A DNA stretch of 64,000 nucleotides, taken from Methanobacteriota archaeon. GTDB taxonomy: Archaea > Halobacteriota > Bog-38 > Methanoflorentales > Methanoflorentaceae. Shown here one piece after another: positions 9,272 through 18,149 of the stretch. The notes below the pieces were generated by a model, which was not told where the DNA came from, did not search any database, and saw only the letters and a list, made by a program, of their open reading frames with translations. The DNA lies in contig CAVRAO010000002.1 of NCBI GenBank assembly GCA_963719035.1, positions 1 through 64,000 of the forward strand, given 5' to 3'. The first letter of the stretch is position 1, and each line of letters opens with the position of its first letter. Position numbers and translations under genes: made by a program.

Positions 9272-9278
9272 TTTATAA
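9272..9278 (-). promoter_or_regulatory. Putative TATA box for the mini-array
   Basis: TTATAAA ~33 nt upstream of the first repeat, in an AT-rich leader. Confidence 0.5.
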
Positions 9279-9361
9279 CCGCTATTCCAAGTGAGATACT
9301 TGATAAGCTGTTAAAATCAAGTTTTATGTGTTTTAGGTTCTAAGTCAAAGAGGTGATTTGT

Positions 9362-9950
9362 ATGGAAAAAAAGTTGTTAGCAGTCATGGTCCTTGTGATA
9401 GTTACTTCGCTGTCCATAGCAGGTTGTACGACCACACCGACCACCCCCACTGTTCAGACTACTACCTCCCCCCAATGGGACAACAGCCTCGGCAGTCCCT
9501 GTTCCGAAATCTGGTGATTTAAGTGCCAAACTCAATGACGACTTAAGAGGAAAGAATTATACTCTAGTCGTGCCATTCACGCGAGCTGTCAATCAATATG
9601 GGAATGTGGTGTATACGGGTGTTGTACAGATGGAGAAAATAAGCTAGTTCCTTATATCCATAATATCACTATTGAAGAGACAAAGAACCGCAATGACACC
9701 CTAATGCGGTTTAGCGCGTATATTGGACAAGCATTGTCAATTGGCTTTAGGCAATCTATGAACTCTAGTGACGAGTGGATCGGGCGTCCAAGTGGTAGCG
9801 AATCAATCCCTGACATAGCGTATGTGCATATTTCTGAGCCGAGAGCATACCAACGTGGGTATAGTCTCTCACTTGATTCATCAGATTCTACGATGAAAAT
9901 AATTACACTGTCTTATCTGGTACATGACAAAGATGTAGCACAACTTATAT
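9362..9950 (+). pseudogene. Frameshifted lipoprotein
   Basis: GAGGTGA SD; MEKKLLAVMVLVIVTSLSIAGC lipobox; continues through indels near 9470 and 9628 into the frame of ORF 9704; 3' end uncertain. Confidence 0.6.
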
Positions 9951-10049
9951 TTTCGCGCATATGCTTTATGCAAGAAGCGAACACTAGCTTAGAATTTCCG
10001 AAAAGAAGCACTACGCTGACTTTTTATGTTGCGATCCGGCTGTTTGAAC

Positions 10050-10467
10050 ATGAAGCTTTTCACGATTGGATACGGAGGTCGGACCGCCCAGGACTTCTTA
10101 GACGCTCTCATTGAACGCCATATAGCCACCGTTGTCGATGTTAGACTCCACCCTAACCACGCATATATGGGAACCTTTGTCAAGGCTAAAACTCCGGATA
10201 AAGGCATAGAAAGACTCCTAGCCAGTGAAGGTACAAAATACACTAGCGATCCTGAACTTTTCGGAAACCCGTTCATTGATGTTACGGATTGGAGAGCGCC
10301 TTATCAAGCGCACGTAGAACAACACGGCCCGAGATCTATCGTTCCTTAAGCAAGTCGAACAGCCATTCGCCTTGATGTATGCTGAGCGAAAGGTTAAGGA
10401 GTGCCACAGGGAATATATTGCGGCTTTTCTGGCTCAATCTGGATGGGGCGTAGAGCACGTTGAATGA
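10050..10467 (+). pseudogene. DUF488 family protein, frameshifted near 10340
   Basis: MKLFTIGYGGRT and VVDVRLHP; the other frame continues FALMYAERKVKECHREYIA (family LMCAE..CHR motif, with C replaced by Y). Confidence 0.75.
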
Positions 10468-10723
10468 GCAGCGTTAAACTAAAAACTACGTATAATGCGA
10501 TGAGAGAGCCTTAGATATGAAGCAACTATTGGGGCATCGCGTGGCGAACACGGTCGTCTTGGTGCCATACTATCACAAAACGATGTCATTTAGGTGTGCA
10601 CGGTGGCTTCTTAATTATCTCCATTCCACTAAAATCGCTTATGCGCTCGCCTGCTTTATTTCATCTTTAGTCAATTTCTTTTCTTTACTCTTCTCTTTGC
10701 CATTATGCCACACAAAAAGCAAC

Positions 10724-11278
10724 TTATATAGAAAGCTTAAATTCGCTAAATATCGGATCGAAGTCTTCGCACCAAACAGGGCCTTTGCAATATTCGGTTG
10801 AGAGCCCACAATCGGCGCACTCTTGCGACCAGCTGACTTTATCGCCGGTGCGGCGACAGATACCCTGGTCGGTTATACAGACATCCAGCTCAGTTATGCA
10901 CCCTCGTCTATATCCTCGTAACGGCCCTATACTCGCCCTAAGTGTTGCGAGCTTCCGGTCTTTTACGGTCTTCTTAACCGCCTTCGCTTCGGCGAGCCGC
11001 TCTTTGATCATCTGCTCGCCTTCGCGTTTTATCTGTTCTAATTCCTCGAATGTATAACGGCGCAGCCCCTGATCACGTTCCGCTTTGCGTTTCGCGCTTC
11101 CCGCGTTTCTTTTCGCGTTTCCTGCTTTGCGGAAATCTCTTATAACTAGCTCTATTTGCCCCTCCCGAGACAGCCCTTTTTGCTGCTTCCGAGCTGGCTC
11201 TAATTGCTGCTTCGGAGCTAGCTTTAGTTGCCGCTTCAGAAGTTCTAAATCTCTGTGGCTTAGCTTGTGCGGCATCAT
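10724..11278 (-). CDS. Hypothetical basic coiled-coil protein with a Cys-rich C-terminus
   Basis: 184-aa ORF; Lys/Arg-rich helices followed by 7 Cys. Confidence 0.5.
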   Translation of the reverse strand: MMPHKLSHRDLELLKRQLKLAPKQQLEPARKQQKGLSREGQIELVIRDFRKAGNAKRNAGSAKRKAERDQGLRRYTFEELEQIKREGEQMIKERLAEAKAVKKTVKDRKLATLRASIGPLRGYRRGCITELDVCITDQGICRRTGDKVSWSQECADCGLSTEYCKGPVWCEDFDPIFSEFKLSI

Positions 11279-11426
11279 TATCCCTTTAGCTTTTCGTAAA
11301 AACGCGTTGACGTGGCTTAAAACGTATCGTTCAAATTAGATATGTTGTCTTTTTTGAAAGGTTTGACGCTTATTGCTTGAAGAGTTAAATAAATTAAAGG
11401 CTATCTAGAGCTAAAAAAGAGGAAAG

Positions 11427-12359
11427 ATGGCTGAAGTGGGAAGACTTAAGCGTTTAGATATTCGCGCAGTCTGGCAGCACGAGGCTCGCGACTTCTCTAC
11501 GTGGCTAGAGCAAAATATTGAAGTTCTATCAGCAGTCGTTGGCTCTCCTCTAACTGTATTACAGCGAGAAGAACCTGCAGGATCATTCAAGGTAGATATT
11601 GTTGCTCAAGATGAAAGTGGCAATCGCATAATTATCGAAAACCAGCTTTCTGGAACAGATCACGATCATTTAGGTAAGGTTGTCACATATCTCACAAACC
11701 TTGACGCGAAAAAAGCGATATGGTTGACAAGTTCTGCACGTCCTGAGCACAAACGAGCAATAGAATGGCTAAACGAAGTGACTCCAGATGATCTATCATT
11801 CTACTTAGTTCGTATGGAAGCGTATCAAATAGACGATTCAAAACCTGCCCCACATTTTGAGATAGAAGCCGGACCGAGCCCAACAGTGAAAGAGCGTGGG
11901 CAAAGAAAAGAGTCTTTGGTAAATATTCAATCGGTGAGGAACGAGTTTTATGAAGGACTCTATGATCGGGAGGAAAAGCGCGATGAGTTTTACGCTATTG
12001 ATTTAGAACCCGCTCGCAAAGCAGGATTGCGTTTTTACTATTGGATATATCCCGAAAAATGGGCAGTCAAATTTTACATGGAAGGTGGGGAAAAAGCAAG
12101 GAATAAGGAAGTGTTCGATCATCTTTACGCTGACAAACAGGAGGTCGAGAAAGAATTTGGGAGCGAGCTTGAGTGGTATCGCTTAGACAACAACAAGTCT
12201 TCGCGGATTGAATATGTATTTGAAGGCGAAGGTCTGTCCGTTGGCGAAAGCAGATGGCCTTCAATACAAGACGCAATGATCGATAAATTCTACGGACTCG
12301 TTGATGCTATTTATCCACGAATTGAGCCCTTCGCAGAACCCGTCGTACATAGTTCATGA
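11427..12359 (+). CDS. DUF4268-domain protein with an N-terminal PD-(D/E)xK/NucS-like nuclease domain
   Basis: WQHEARDFSTWL, VDIVA..IIIENQL..TDHDHLGKVVTY; C-terminal KEVFDHL...EFGSELEWYRLD. Confidence 0.85.
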   Translation: MAEVGRLKRLDIRAVWQHEARDFSTWLEQNIEVLSAVVGSPLTVLQREEPAGSFKVDIVAQDESGNRIIIENQLSGTDHDHLGKVVTYLTNLDAKKAIWLTSSARPEHKRAIEWLNEVTPDDLSFYLVRMEAYQIDDSKPAPHFEIEAGPSPTVKERGQRKESLVNIQSVRNEFYEGLYDREEKRDEFYAIDLEPARKAGLRFYYWIYPEKWAVKFYMEGGEKARNKEVFDHLYADKQEVEKEFGSELEWYRLDNNKSSRIEYVFEGEGLSVGESRWPSIQDAMIDKFYGLVDAIYPRIEPFAEPVVHSS

Positions 12360-12745
12360 CACAACTTGCAGCTCTAGAGGCAGAACGGCCTTGGACGCAG
12401 GGAACCGTAGATTTGCTCGCTAAAAATGGACTAGATATTCGCAATGCTGTAGCAGATGGCAGAATTATAGTTGTGCTTAACATAGATGCCTGTGACGAAA
12501 CGAGGAACAAGGAAATTTTTGATCAACTCAGCGCGAAAACAAAGGAAATGGAGAAAACGCTCGCAGGCAACCTTGAGTGGTGCCGCAACGATGAAGGATA
12601 TAACTCGCAAGTTTGGTTTGAAATCGCTGCTGCAGGGACGTGGGCGGATGAAAGTAAATGGCCTGCACTGCAGCAAAGCATCGTTCAAGGGCAAGATCGT
12701 CTTTTTGAAGCAATTAAGCCACACCTAGACCTCCTTTCTTCTTAA
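12356..12745 (+). CDS. Stand-alone DUF4268-like domain protein
   Basis: RNKEIFDQL...LEWCRND...DESKWPALQ aligns by eye with the C-terminus of the upstream gene; ATGA overlap. Confidence 0.7.
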   Translation: MTQLAALEAERPWTQGTVDLLAKNGLDIRNAVADGRIIVVLNIDACDETRNKEIFDQLSAKTKEMEKTLAGNLEWCRNDEGYNSQVWFEIAAAGTWADESKWPALQQSIVQGQDRLFEAIKPHLDLLSS

Positions 12746-12805
12746 CTAACATAACCTGCTTCGAGAACTTAGGGTAGATCGTGAACGGAACCCGCCATGC
12801 GCTTA

Positions 12806-12850
12806 AAATCGAAAAAAGAAATAATTAGCTAGGAGATAAGGAGAGGTTAA
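12806..12850 (-). repeat. Shared 3' UTR/terminator module, copy 1
   Basis: 36/45 gapless identity to 15956-16000; starts at the stop codon of the oxidoreductase; contains TTTCTTTTTTC. Confidence 0.7.
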
Positions 12851-13500
12851 AAGGGTGCATTTAAATTACCAATGTTGGAATATCCCCTGCCCTCCCAGTA
12901 ACCTTTATAATCAGTGTTATTAGATATTTCAATCTTTGTAACCCATTTAATCCATTTATAACCCCATTTACTCTCTGCCACGAGCTGGAAGGGGTAGCCT
13001 CTCTGTGGTGGTAAGGTAGCATTATTCATTTTGTAAGCTAAAAGTATGTGATTATCCTTGAGGTATTCCAGGGGTAAAGATGTCGAATAGCCATCATAAG
13101 CATAAAAAATGGCCACATTTGAACCAGGAAGTGGCTGGGTTTCATTTATCAGATCATACACTAAAATTCCTTTCCAGAGAATTGTAACATCCCACCCATC
13201 CACACAGTAGAGTTTTACCACTTTTTCATAATTTGGGTGGCCTATTACATCCTCGTAAGTGTAGTTACGAGGGTTTTGCACCATCCCCGTAACGTCCAAC
13301 CGATAATCAGTTATATTGATGTATTGGGGTCCTTTAATGGAGTTTTCCACGAAATCATTTACTGAAGATAATTTCTGACCCTGATAATCCCGAACCTCAA
13401 CTATATTCTGTTTATCTGTCGTTGTTGCGCAGCCCGATACAGATAAAGAGGCAACCACAATCAATAGAACAATAATTACAGTTATCGGTTTCAATTGCAT
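12847..13500 (-). CDS. Molybdopterin-dependent oxidoreductase (MsrP/YedY-like) lipoprotein
   Basis: LYCVDGW, DGYSTSLPL, RGYPFQLV and WGYKWIKWV motifs; lipobox SLSVSGC. Confidence 0.9.
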   Translation of the reverse strand: MQLKPITVIIVLLIVVASLSVSGCATTTDKQNIVEVRDYQGQKLSSVNDFVENSIKGPQYINITDYRLDVTGMVQNPRNYTYEDVIGHPNYEKVVKLYCVDGWDVTILWKGILVYDLINETQPLPGSNVAIFYAYDGYSTSLPLEYLKDNHILLAYKMNNATLPPQRGYPFQLVAESKWGYKWIKWVTKIEISNNTDYKGYWEGRGYSNIGNLNAPF

Positions 13501-13514
13501 ACGGTTATGCAAGA
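13448..13514 (-). repeat. Shared 5' leader + signal-peptide module, copy 1
   Basis: 64/67 identity to 14103-14169 (MQLKPITVIIVLL.VVAS plus 14 nt upstream). Confidence 0.9.
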
Positions 13515-13647
13515 CGCCCACGTTGGCTTAATCATCCTTTTACCCCTCTGCTACCGCCTTTATAGCCGTTATATCACACATAATCTGATGTAGATTCTAC
13601 CGTCATCGAGGCGCTAGGTTGTGTAGGGTCGCCAAGGTACTTAACAG

Positions 13648-14155
13648 TCAGAACGTGACCCCCCACGGAGCCCACGTCGTTGATTGACCGTTGGCATCTG
13701 AACACATTTTGGTTGAATTTCGGGGGAACCCACACATCCAGTTGCTCATATGAAAGTTACCGTCAATATACCAATACAACTTGCCAGTGAGCTGCGATTG
13801 TGGTAGTTCTTTACCATTTACAGTAACGTGGCTGTCCATATTCCTCCCGATCCTGTACTAGTCTGGTTGGGCCAGAGACACCGACTTTTATGGTTGGAGT
13901 CGGCGCCGGCGGTGTAGGTGTAGGTGTTGATGTGGGCGTTGGACTGATAACAGATACTGAGGCAGATGGCGTTGCTGATGCAGGTGATGTTGCCTTCGTT
14001 GTGGTATTTGCTGTCGTAGTAGCGGAACCCGCTGGTTCCGGCGACGCGCTGCTTGCCGCTTGGTTGCTGTTCGTTGATGACGTGCAGCCCGCGATTGATA
14101 ACGAGGCAACCACGAGCAATAGAACAATAATTACAGTTATCGGTTTCAATTGCAT
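13648..14155 (-). pseudogene. Ser/Thr/Pro-rich lipoprotein, frameshifted
   Basis: MQLKP...SLSIAGC, an S/T/P linker, then a frame change into VTVNGKELPQSQLTGKLYWYIDG. Confidence 0.6.
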
Positions 14156-14169
14156 GCGGTTATGCAAGA
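14103..14169 (-). repeat. Shared 5' leader + signal-peptide module, copy 2
   Basis: 64/67 identity to 13448-13514. Confidence 0.9.
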
Positions 14170-14308
14170 GGCAAGCGGTGACGTAACAATTCCTATTCTT
14201 TTTTTCCGAACAGTCTGGCCAAGAAGCCAACCCTGGGAGCAGGAAGTAACAAACTACACGGCCCACTCATACTGAATGCTGCGCTAGTGTTTGTGCGCCG
14301 TTACCGCA

Positions 14309-14911
14309 TTATTTGTATTTTTTGCGTATCGCGTCGTAGTTAGCCTTGACTCCAAGTTCTTTCCAGAGTTCCGTCACCCATTTTTTATCGGTCAAGCTAA
14401 AGTTTGAATAGTGAGTGTAATACCTAACTTTGACATCCCCCATGTCGCCCAAGAAATATTTCCTAAACTGTTTCCCAACCTCGGAGTTACGAACGCCTAG
14501 AATTACGTAGACCGTCTTCTTTGTGGTGCCAATGTCTGAGATCTCTTCAAGAAGGAAAGAAACATTGTCGTTCACCACCTCAGGCGTCAAATAGTTAAGA
14601 ACATTTTTTGAATTAACTTCCTTAATGCCCTTGAACAGGTCGGTTAGATAAGACCCGCGAAGAGCCGTATCATTGCAGGCAAACTTGAGCTTCCGGTCAT
14701 GCTTCCAACCCCTAAAGTTGGCCCAAGGTCCATCTCGTATATACCCGTCCTTCCTCGACGCATTATACGCTATGAATACGTGATTTGCGTTCAATTCCTC
14801 GATGTGGGATTCTATAATCTTTGGATCGGGTTCATCTTTGTGATTCCAAATGGCCCAACTTGAGTAATCACCGTATTTTCGACAAATGCTTAGATATTGT
14901 GTTGCATCCAT
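14309..14911 (-). CDS. Hypothetical protein, probable uracil-DNA glycosylase superfamily fold
   Basis: SSWAIW, FIAYNAS, GSYLTDLFK, VILG and THYS pattern recalls UDG-like proteins. Confidence 0.55.
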   Translation of the reverse strand: MDATQYLSICRKYGDYSSWAIWNHKDEPDPKIIESHIEELNANHVFIAYNASRKDGYIRDGPWANFRGWKHDRKLKFACNDTALRGSYLTDLFKGIKEVNSKNVLNYLTPEVVNDNVSFLLEEISDIGTTKKTVYVILGVRNSEVGKQFRKYFLGDMGDVKVRYYTHYSNFSLTDKKWVTELWKELGVKANYDAIRKKYK

Positions 14912-14976
14912 GGCAAAAAGTCCCTATTTTTCCTTACAATTCATATTCTTTTTTGCCTTAAGATTTTAAAAAATAA

Positions 14977-15098
14977 TTAGTTATGACAATCTGAAAGTTC
15001 GACGCCTCTCCAACTCTTCATATAGATGTCGAACACGGTTGGGGTGGCGGATGTTTGTAATGCCACTCCACACCAGAAACGCCGTGTTTCAAGATGTA
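14977..15098 (-). pseudogene. C-terminal remnant of a second tyrosine integrase
   Basis: YILKHGVSGVEW-HYKHPPPQ/VFDIYMKSWRGVEL versus YVLAHGMTGVDWEHYKHPLPEDVYDIYLRSWGDIDL in the main integrase. Confidence 0.85.
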
Positions 15099-15215
15099 GG
15101 GTCGAAACGTTAACTTCTGAGATTGTGTGAACGGTTGTCGGTCGGCTGCTGTGTGGATTTATGACCTTAGTATTACGTTATTGCCCCATAATCAACATTT
15201 TAGCAAATGGTTTTG

Positions 15216-15659
15216 CTACTTGTCAAAATCTCGCTTAAAGTCATCAAGCTCTTTTTGCAGTTGTACTTCCTTCTCTAGAGCTGTTTCCTCTGCAAGCTGT
15301 TGCCGACGGTGGTGCTCTTCAACCTTACGATAGAATTTGTTAGCGTCGTCAATGTGCGCGGCTACTATCTCCCGACATATCCCCTTTACCGTTGTCTTAT
15401 CTAAATCACATTCAAACAATACCGCATTTCCCTTGATTTTCGTTGTTCGACGGGGCAACGTCGTAGTGTGTTTAACCGGCCCGACAGCCGCGAATGGTTC
15501 TCCATTTATCCTTCTTAAGAAATAGTCCCTCCATTCTTTCGGTGGCTCTTCAGAAAGGATATATGGCACATATATAGTCGTCTGGCTCGACGGAAACCAC
15601 GTTGCGTTGTCTATGTCAACTCTCTCAAGCTTAATATCAACAAAAGTCGTATGCATCAC
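15216..15659 (-). CDS. Hypothetical protein
   Basis: 147-aa ORF with a GGTG SD-like sequence. Confidence 0.6.
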   Translation of the reverse strand: MMHTTFVDIKLERVDIDNATWFPSSQTTIYVPYILSEEPPKEWRDYFLRRINGEPFAAVGPVKHTTTLPRRTTKIKGNAVLFECDLDKTTVKGICREIVAAHIDDANKFYRKVEEHHRRQQLAEETALEKEVQLQKELDDFKRDFDK

Positions 15660-15955
15660 CTAAGGTTAGTTTATGGTTTTAATTCGCTTTTTTCTGCAGT
15701 TGAGTGCGAATTTTTGACTGTATTTAGGAGCGATGTAATAATTTGTATAGTTTGCTCTTCGGCGCCTGCTCCTTTCCGAATTAATTTAAAGCATAGCTCA
15801 TTTTAGGCCCCAATTTCCAAGAAGTCGCGCACGCATTAGTGTAGTAAAACATGGGGTGTAAACGATTAGGAAACGCGGTGTGAAACTGGTCTTTCTTTCG
15901 GAACTGAATACTATTAGAAAAGCAGCAGTTTTTAATGCGGCTCAAAAATCAGAGG

Positions 15956-16000
15956 AAATCGAAAAAAGAAATGATGCGGGAGGATATGAGGAGGGGTGAA
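15956..16000 (-). repeat. Shared 3' UTR/terminator module, copy 2
   Basis: 36/45 identity to 12806-12850. Confidence 0.7.
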
Positions 16001-16077
16001 ACGGAGCACAAGATGCTTTTCCTTTACAATTCTCGCCAACCCATACGTGCGTTTACCATCTTCTTATAAAGGAACGG

Positions 16078-16641
16078 TTATACTTCAGATATTTTATCAA
16101 ACAACACATCAAATACCGGATTCTGTTCTATGCCGATAACATCATTAAAAGTGACAACAAGGTAAAGCCTCTTTTTCTTCAACGCAAAGGCAAAGGCGCC
16201 GACTAGAAACATACGCGTTGCAGTAAGGCTCTCCTTTGACGCACTTTGGATATTTTGCAGCTTTTTATAAGGTATCGTAAGCTCTAGCTCCGGCACTTCT
16301 AAATGATCGTGATAAATTAGCATCTTAACGTCTTTAGGATCGGGATACGCTGCATAACCGCCAAGATATTTAGCCTTATAATTGTGTGGCTTTCCACTTA
16401 AGAACTCAAGCTTATCCCTGCAGTCGGAACACAAATCCCCACTATGCAAGAGAGATAAACCCTTGCCGCATTCTCTGCAGAAACCCTTGCGAAGCTTGTT
16501 TTCTTCCCTAATCTTTTCCTCGCGAAGCCTTTCTTCTTCCTTCTTAAGAGCCAAGTATTCTTTTCTATAGCAAACTGAACACATATCCCCCCTGGTGAAT
16601 AAAATCAAGTGCTTGCCACATTTCGTGCAGTGTTCTGCCAT
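16078..16641 (-). CDS. Double zinc-ribbon hypothetical protein (possibly with a premature TAA)
   Basis: CTKCG..CSVC and CRECG..CSDC; after the TAA the frame continues PFLYKKMVNAR; frame open from 16701. Confidence 0.6.
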   Translation of the reverse strand: MAEHCTKCGKHLILFTRGDMCSVCYRKEYLALKKEEERLREEKIREENKLRKGFCRECGKGLSLLHSGDLCSDCRDKLEFLSGKPHNYKAKYLGGYAAYPDPKDVKMLIYHDHLEVPELELTIPYKKLQNIQSASKESLTATRMFLVGAFAFALKKKRLYLVVTFNDVIGIEQNPVFDVLFDKISEV

Positions 16642-16697
16642 AGTCAAAAAGTAAATTCTTTGTTCCTGCCCATCTTTTTTTCTCTTTAGCTCCCCGC

Positions 16698-18014
16698 TCA
16701 TCTTGTGAGGTCGATATCACCCCAAGAACGCAAGTAAATGTCGTAAACGTCTTCTGGGAGCGGATGTTTGTAATGCTCCCAATCCACTCCAGTCATCCCA
16801 TGTGCTAAGACATATTTGCGGTTTGTCGAATCCCAGCCAATGACATCCCCGAACTGTTCGGCGAACTTGCGGAAGTCGCTGAGCCACAAATGCGCCTTCC
16901 TTAGATCACGCACCCGCGGAAGGGGGATTTTCTGCCGCTCAAGCCACTTTTCAAACGAGTTGAATAAAAAGAAGGGCTTGTCACCGTTTTTTTCGCTAAA
17001 ATCGTATGCTAAAACCTCGCTAATTGCACGAACAACCAATGGATGCAGAGGCACGTAATGCTCGACCCTGTTCTTGTCTTGCTCGGCATAAACAAGCAGC
17101 GTGGGCTTCTCTTCGTTGACCGCAGCTCTTAATTGGCCGACTTTAAGGCGTTTTATTGTGCTTTGACGCAGACCCGTATAGGCGGCAAGCAAAACATAGG
17201 CGCGAAAATTCCTCGCTTTTGAATTTGCGATACTTCCTTTTGCTTCAACTGAATTGATTCGTTGAAGGGCGGTGATAACATCATCACGTGTAACGATTCT
17301 TTCTGTGATTGCTTTTTTCACTTTTTTCATTCTCGGACGTTCAAGGTATAATTCGAATGACAAATACCCCGGATCTCTTTTGGTTGAAGCTAAAAACTTC
17401 AGAAAGCGAACCGCGAAACCAAGCACCTTAGAATGAGAATCAGGGGATTCCCACCTTTTAAGGACATAGGCTCGTAGGGCGTTCACAGTGTCATATGAGA
17501 TCTCGCCTTTAGTGATATCCCATAGTGTTTCTGATGATTGCGAAATCCAGTCACGCGACTTTTTAGCTAGCTTTTCCTGTCGCTGAGCAGTATAACCCTC
17601 TAGTTCTTCTCGCGTGAAGCGTAGAATAAGCTCCGCCCCTCCCTCTTCATCTCGAATGACTTCTTCCTTGCGTTCCAATTCAGCAGCCTTGCGATATCTT
17701 GATTGAGCCTTCAAGAGGTGTGGATCATTTTTGTCATAATCGGTTCCCTTTTCTTCGATTAGCTCTTCCCAGAGCAACTCTATCTGCTCATCGCCCTCAT
17801 CGTCAATGTACCGATCTGTCATGATTCTCCCCAGCGATTCGTCATAGCCTTCCGTTTGAAAGTTGCACAACTTTCCGCTATAGTTGTGCAACTCTTCGTC
17901 ATCTTCATCTTCAACTTTCGCTTTTATTTTCGCGTCTGATTGAAAAAAGAAACGATGGGCCCGATGCGATTCGAACGCATGATCTCCGCCGTGTGAAGGC
18001 GACGTCATAACCAC
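16698..18014 (-). CDS. Tyrosine recombinase/integrase (frame open through the tRNA; alternative start ATG 17822 with GGGGAG SD)
   Basis: AYTGLRQ (catalytic R), SDFRK (HxxR equivalent), LAHG and EHYKH (catalytic Y). Confidence 0.9.
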   Translation of the reverse strand: MVMTSPSHGGDHAFESHRAHRFFFQSDAKIKAKVEDEDDEELHNYSGKLCNFQTEGYDESLGRIMTDRYIDDEGDEQIELLWEELIEEKGTDYDKNDPHLLKAQSRYRKAAELERKEEVIRDEEGGAELILRFTREELEGYTAQRQEKLAKKSRDWISQSSETLWDITKGEISYDTVNALRAYVLKRWESPDSHSKVLGFAVRFLKFLASTKRDPGYLSFELYLERPRMKKVKKAITERIVTRDDVITALQRINSVEAKGSIANSKARNFRAYVLLAAYTGLRQSTIKRLKVGQLRAAVNEEKPTLLVYAEQDKNRVEHYVPLHPLVVRAISEVLAYDFSEKNGDKPFFLFNSFEKWLERQKIPLPRVRDLRKAHLWLSDFRKFAEQFGDVIGWDSTNRKYVLAHGMTGVDWEHYKHPLPEDVYDIYLRSWGDIDLTR

Positions 18015-18029
18015 CTAGACCACGAGCCC
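17956..18029 (-). tRNA. tRNA-Val (CAC)
   Basis: GGGCTCG-TG-GTCTAGGTGGTTATGAC-G-TCGCC-TTCACAC-GGCGG-AGATC-ATGCG-TTCGAAT-CGCAT-CGGGCCC-A forms a cloverleaf; T-rich trailer. Confidence 0.96.
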
Positions 18030-18149
18030 TGATATTTATAAGATTTTAGCAAACAGATAAGTTTATCGTTCGGTCGCTTCAATTCCCATTTTGTTATCGA
18101 AATTGCGAGAAAAGCCGCTTAATGTGCCTGAAAGCTCGCTCAGCGCTCT

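Larger units (their letters stand above)
508..18029 (-). mobile_element. tRNA-Val-integrated genomic island (decayed or composite integrative element)
   Basis: Bounded by a full tRNA-Val plus integrase and by a tRNA-Val 3' half in the same orientation; internal second integrase remnant; accessory and decayed genes; no replication or virion genes seen. Confidence 0.75.

Noticed and set aside
12761-12779. 14/19 match to the 5' part of the spacer
   Set aside because: Scattered mismatches, located in a convergent intergenic region, no clear PAM
13488-13495. ATTGAAAC (minus strand) in the shared signal module as a CRISPR repeat end
   Set aside because: It simply spans the Q-L-K-P codons of the signal peptide; there is no other repeat similarity
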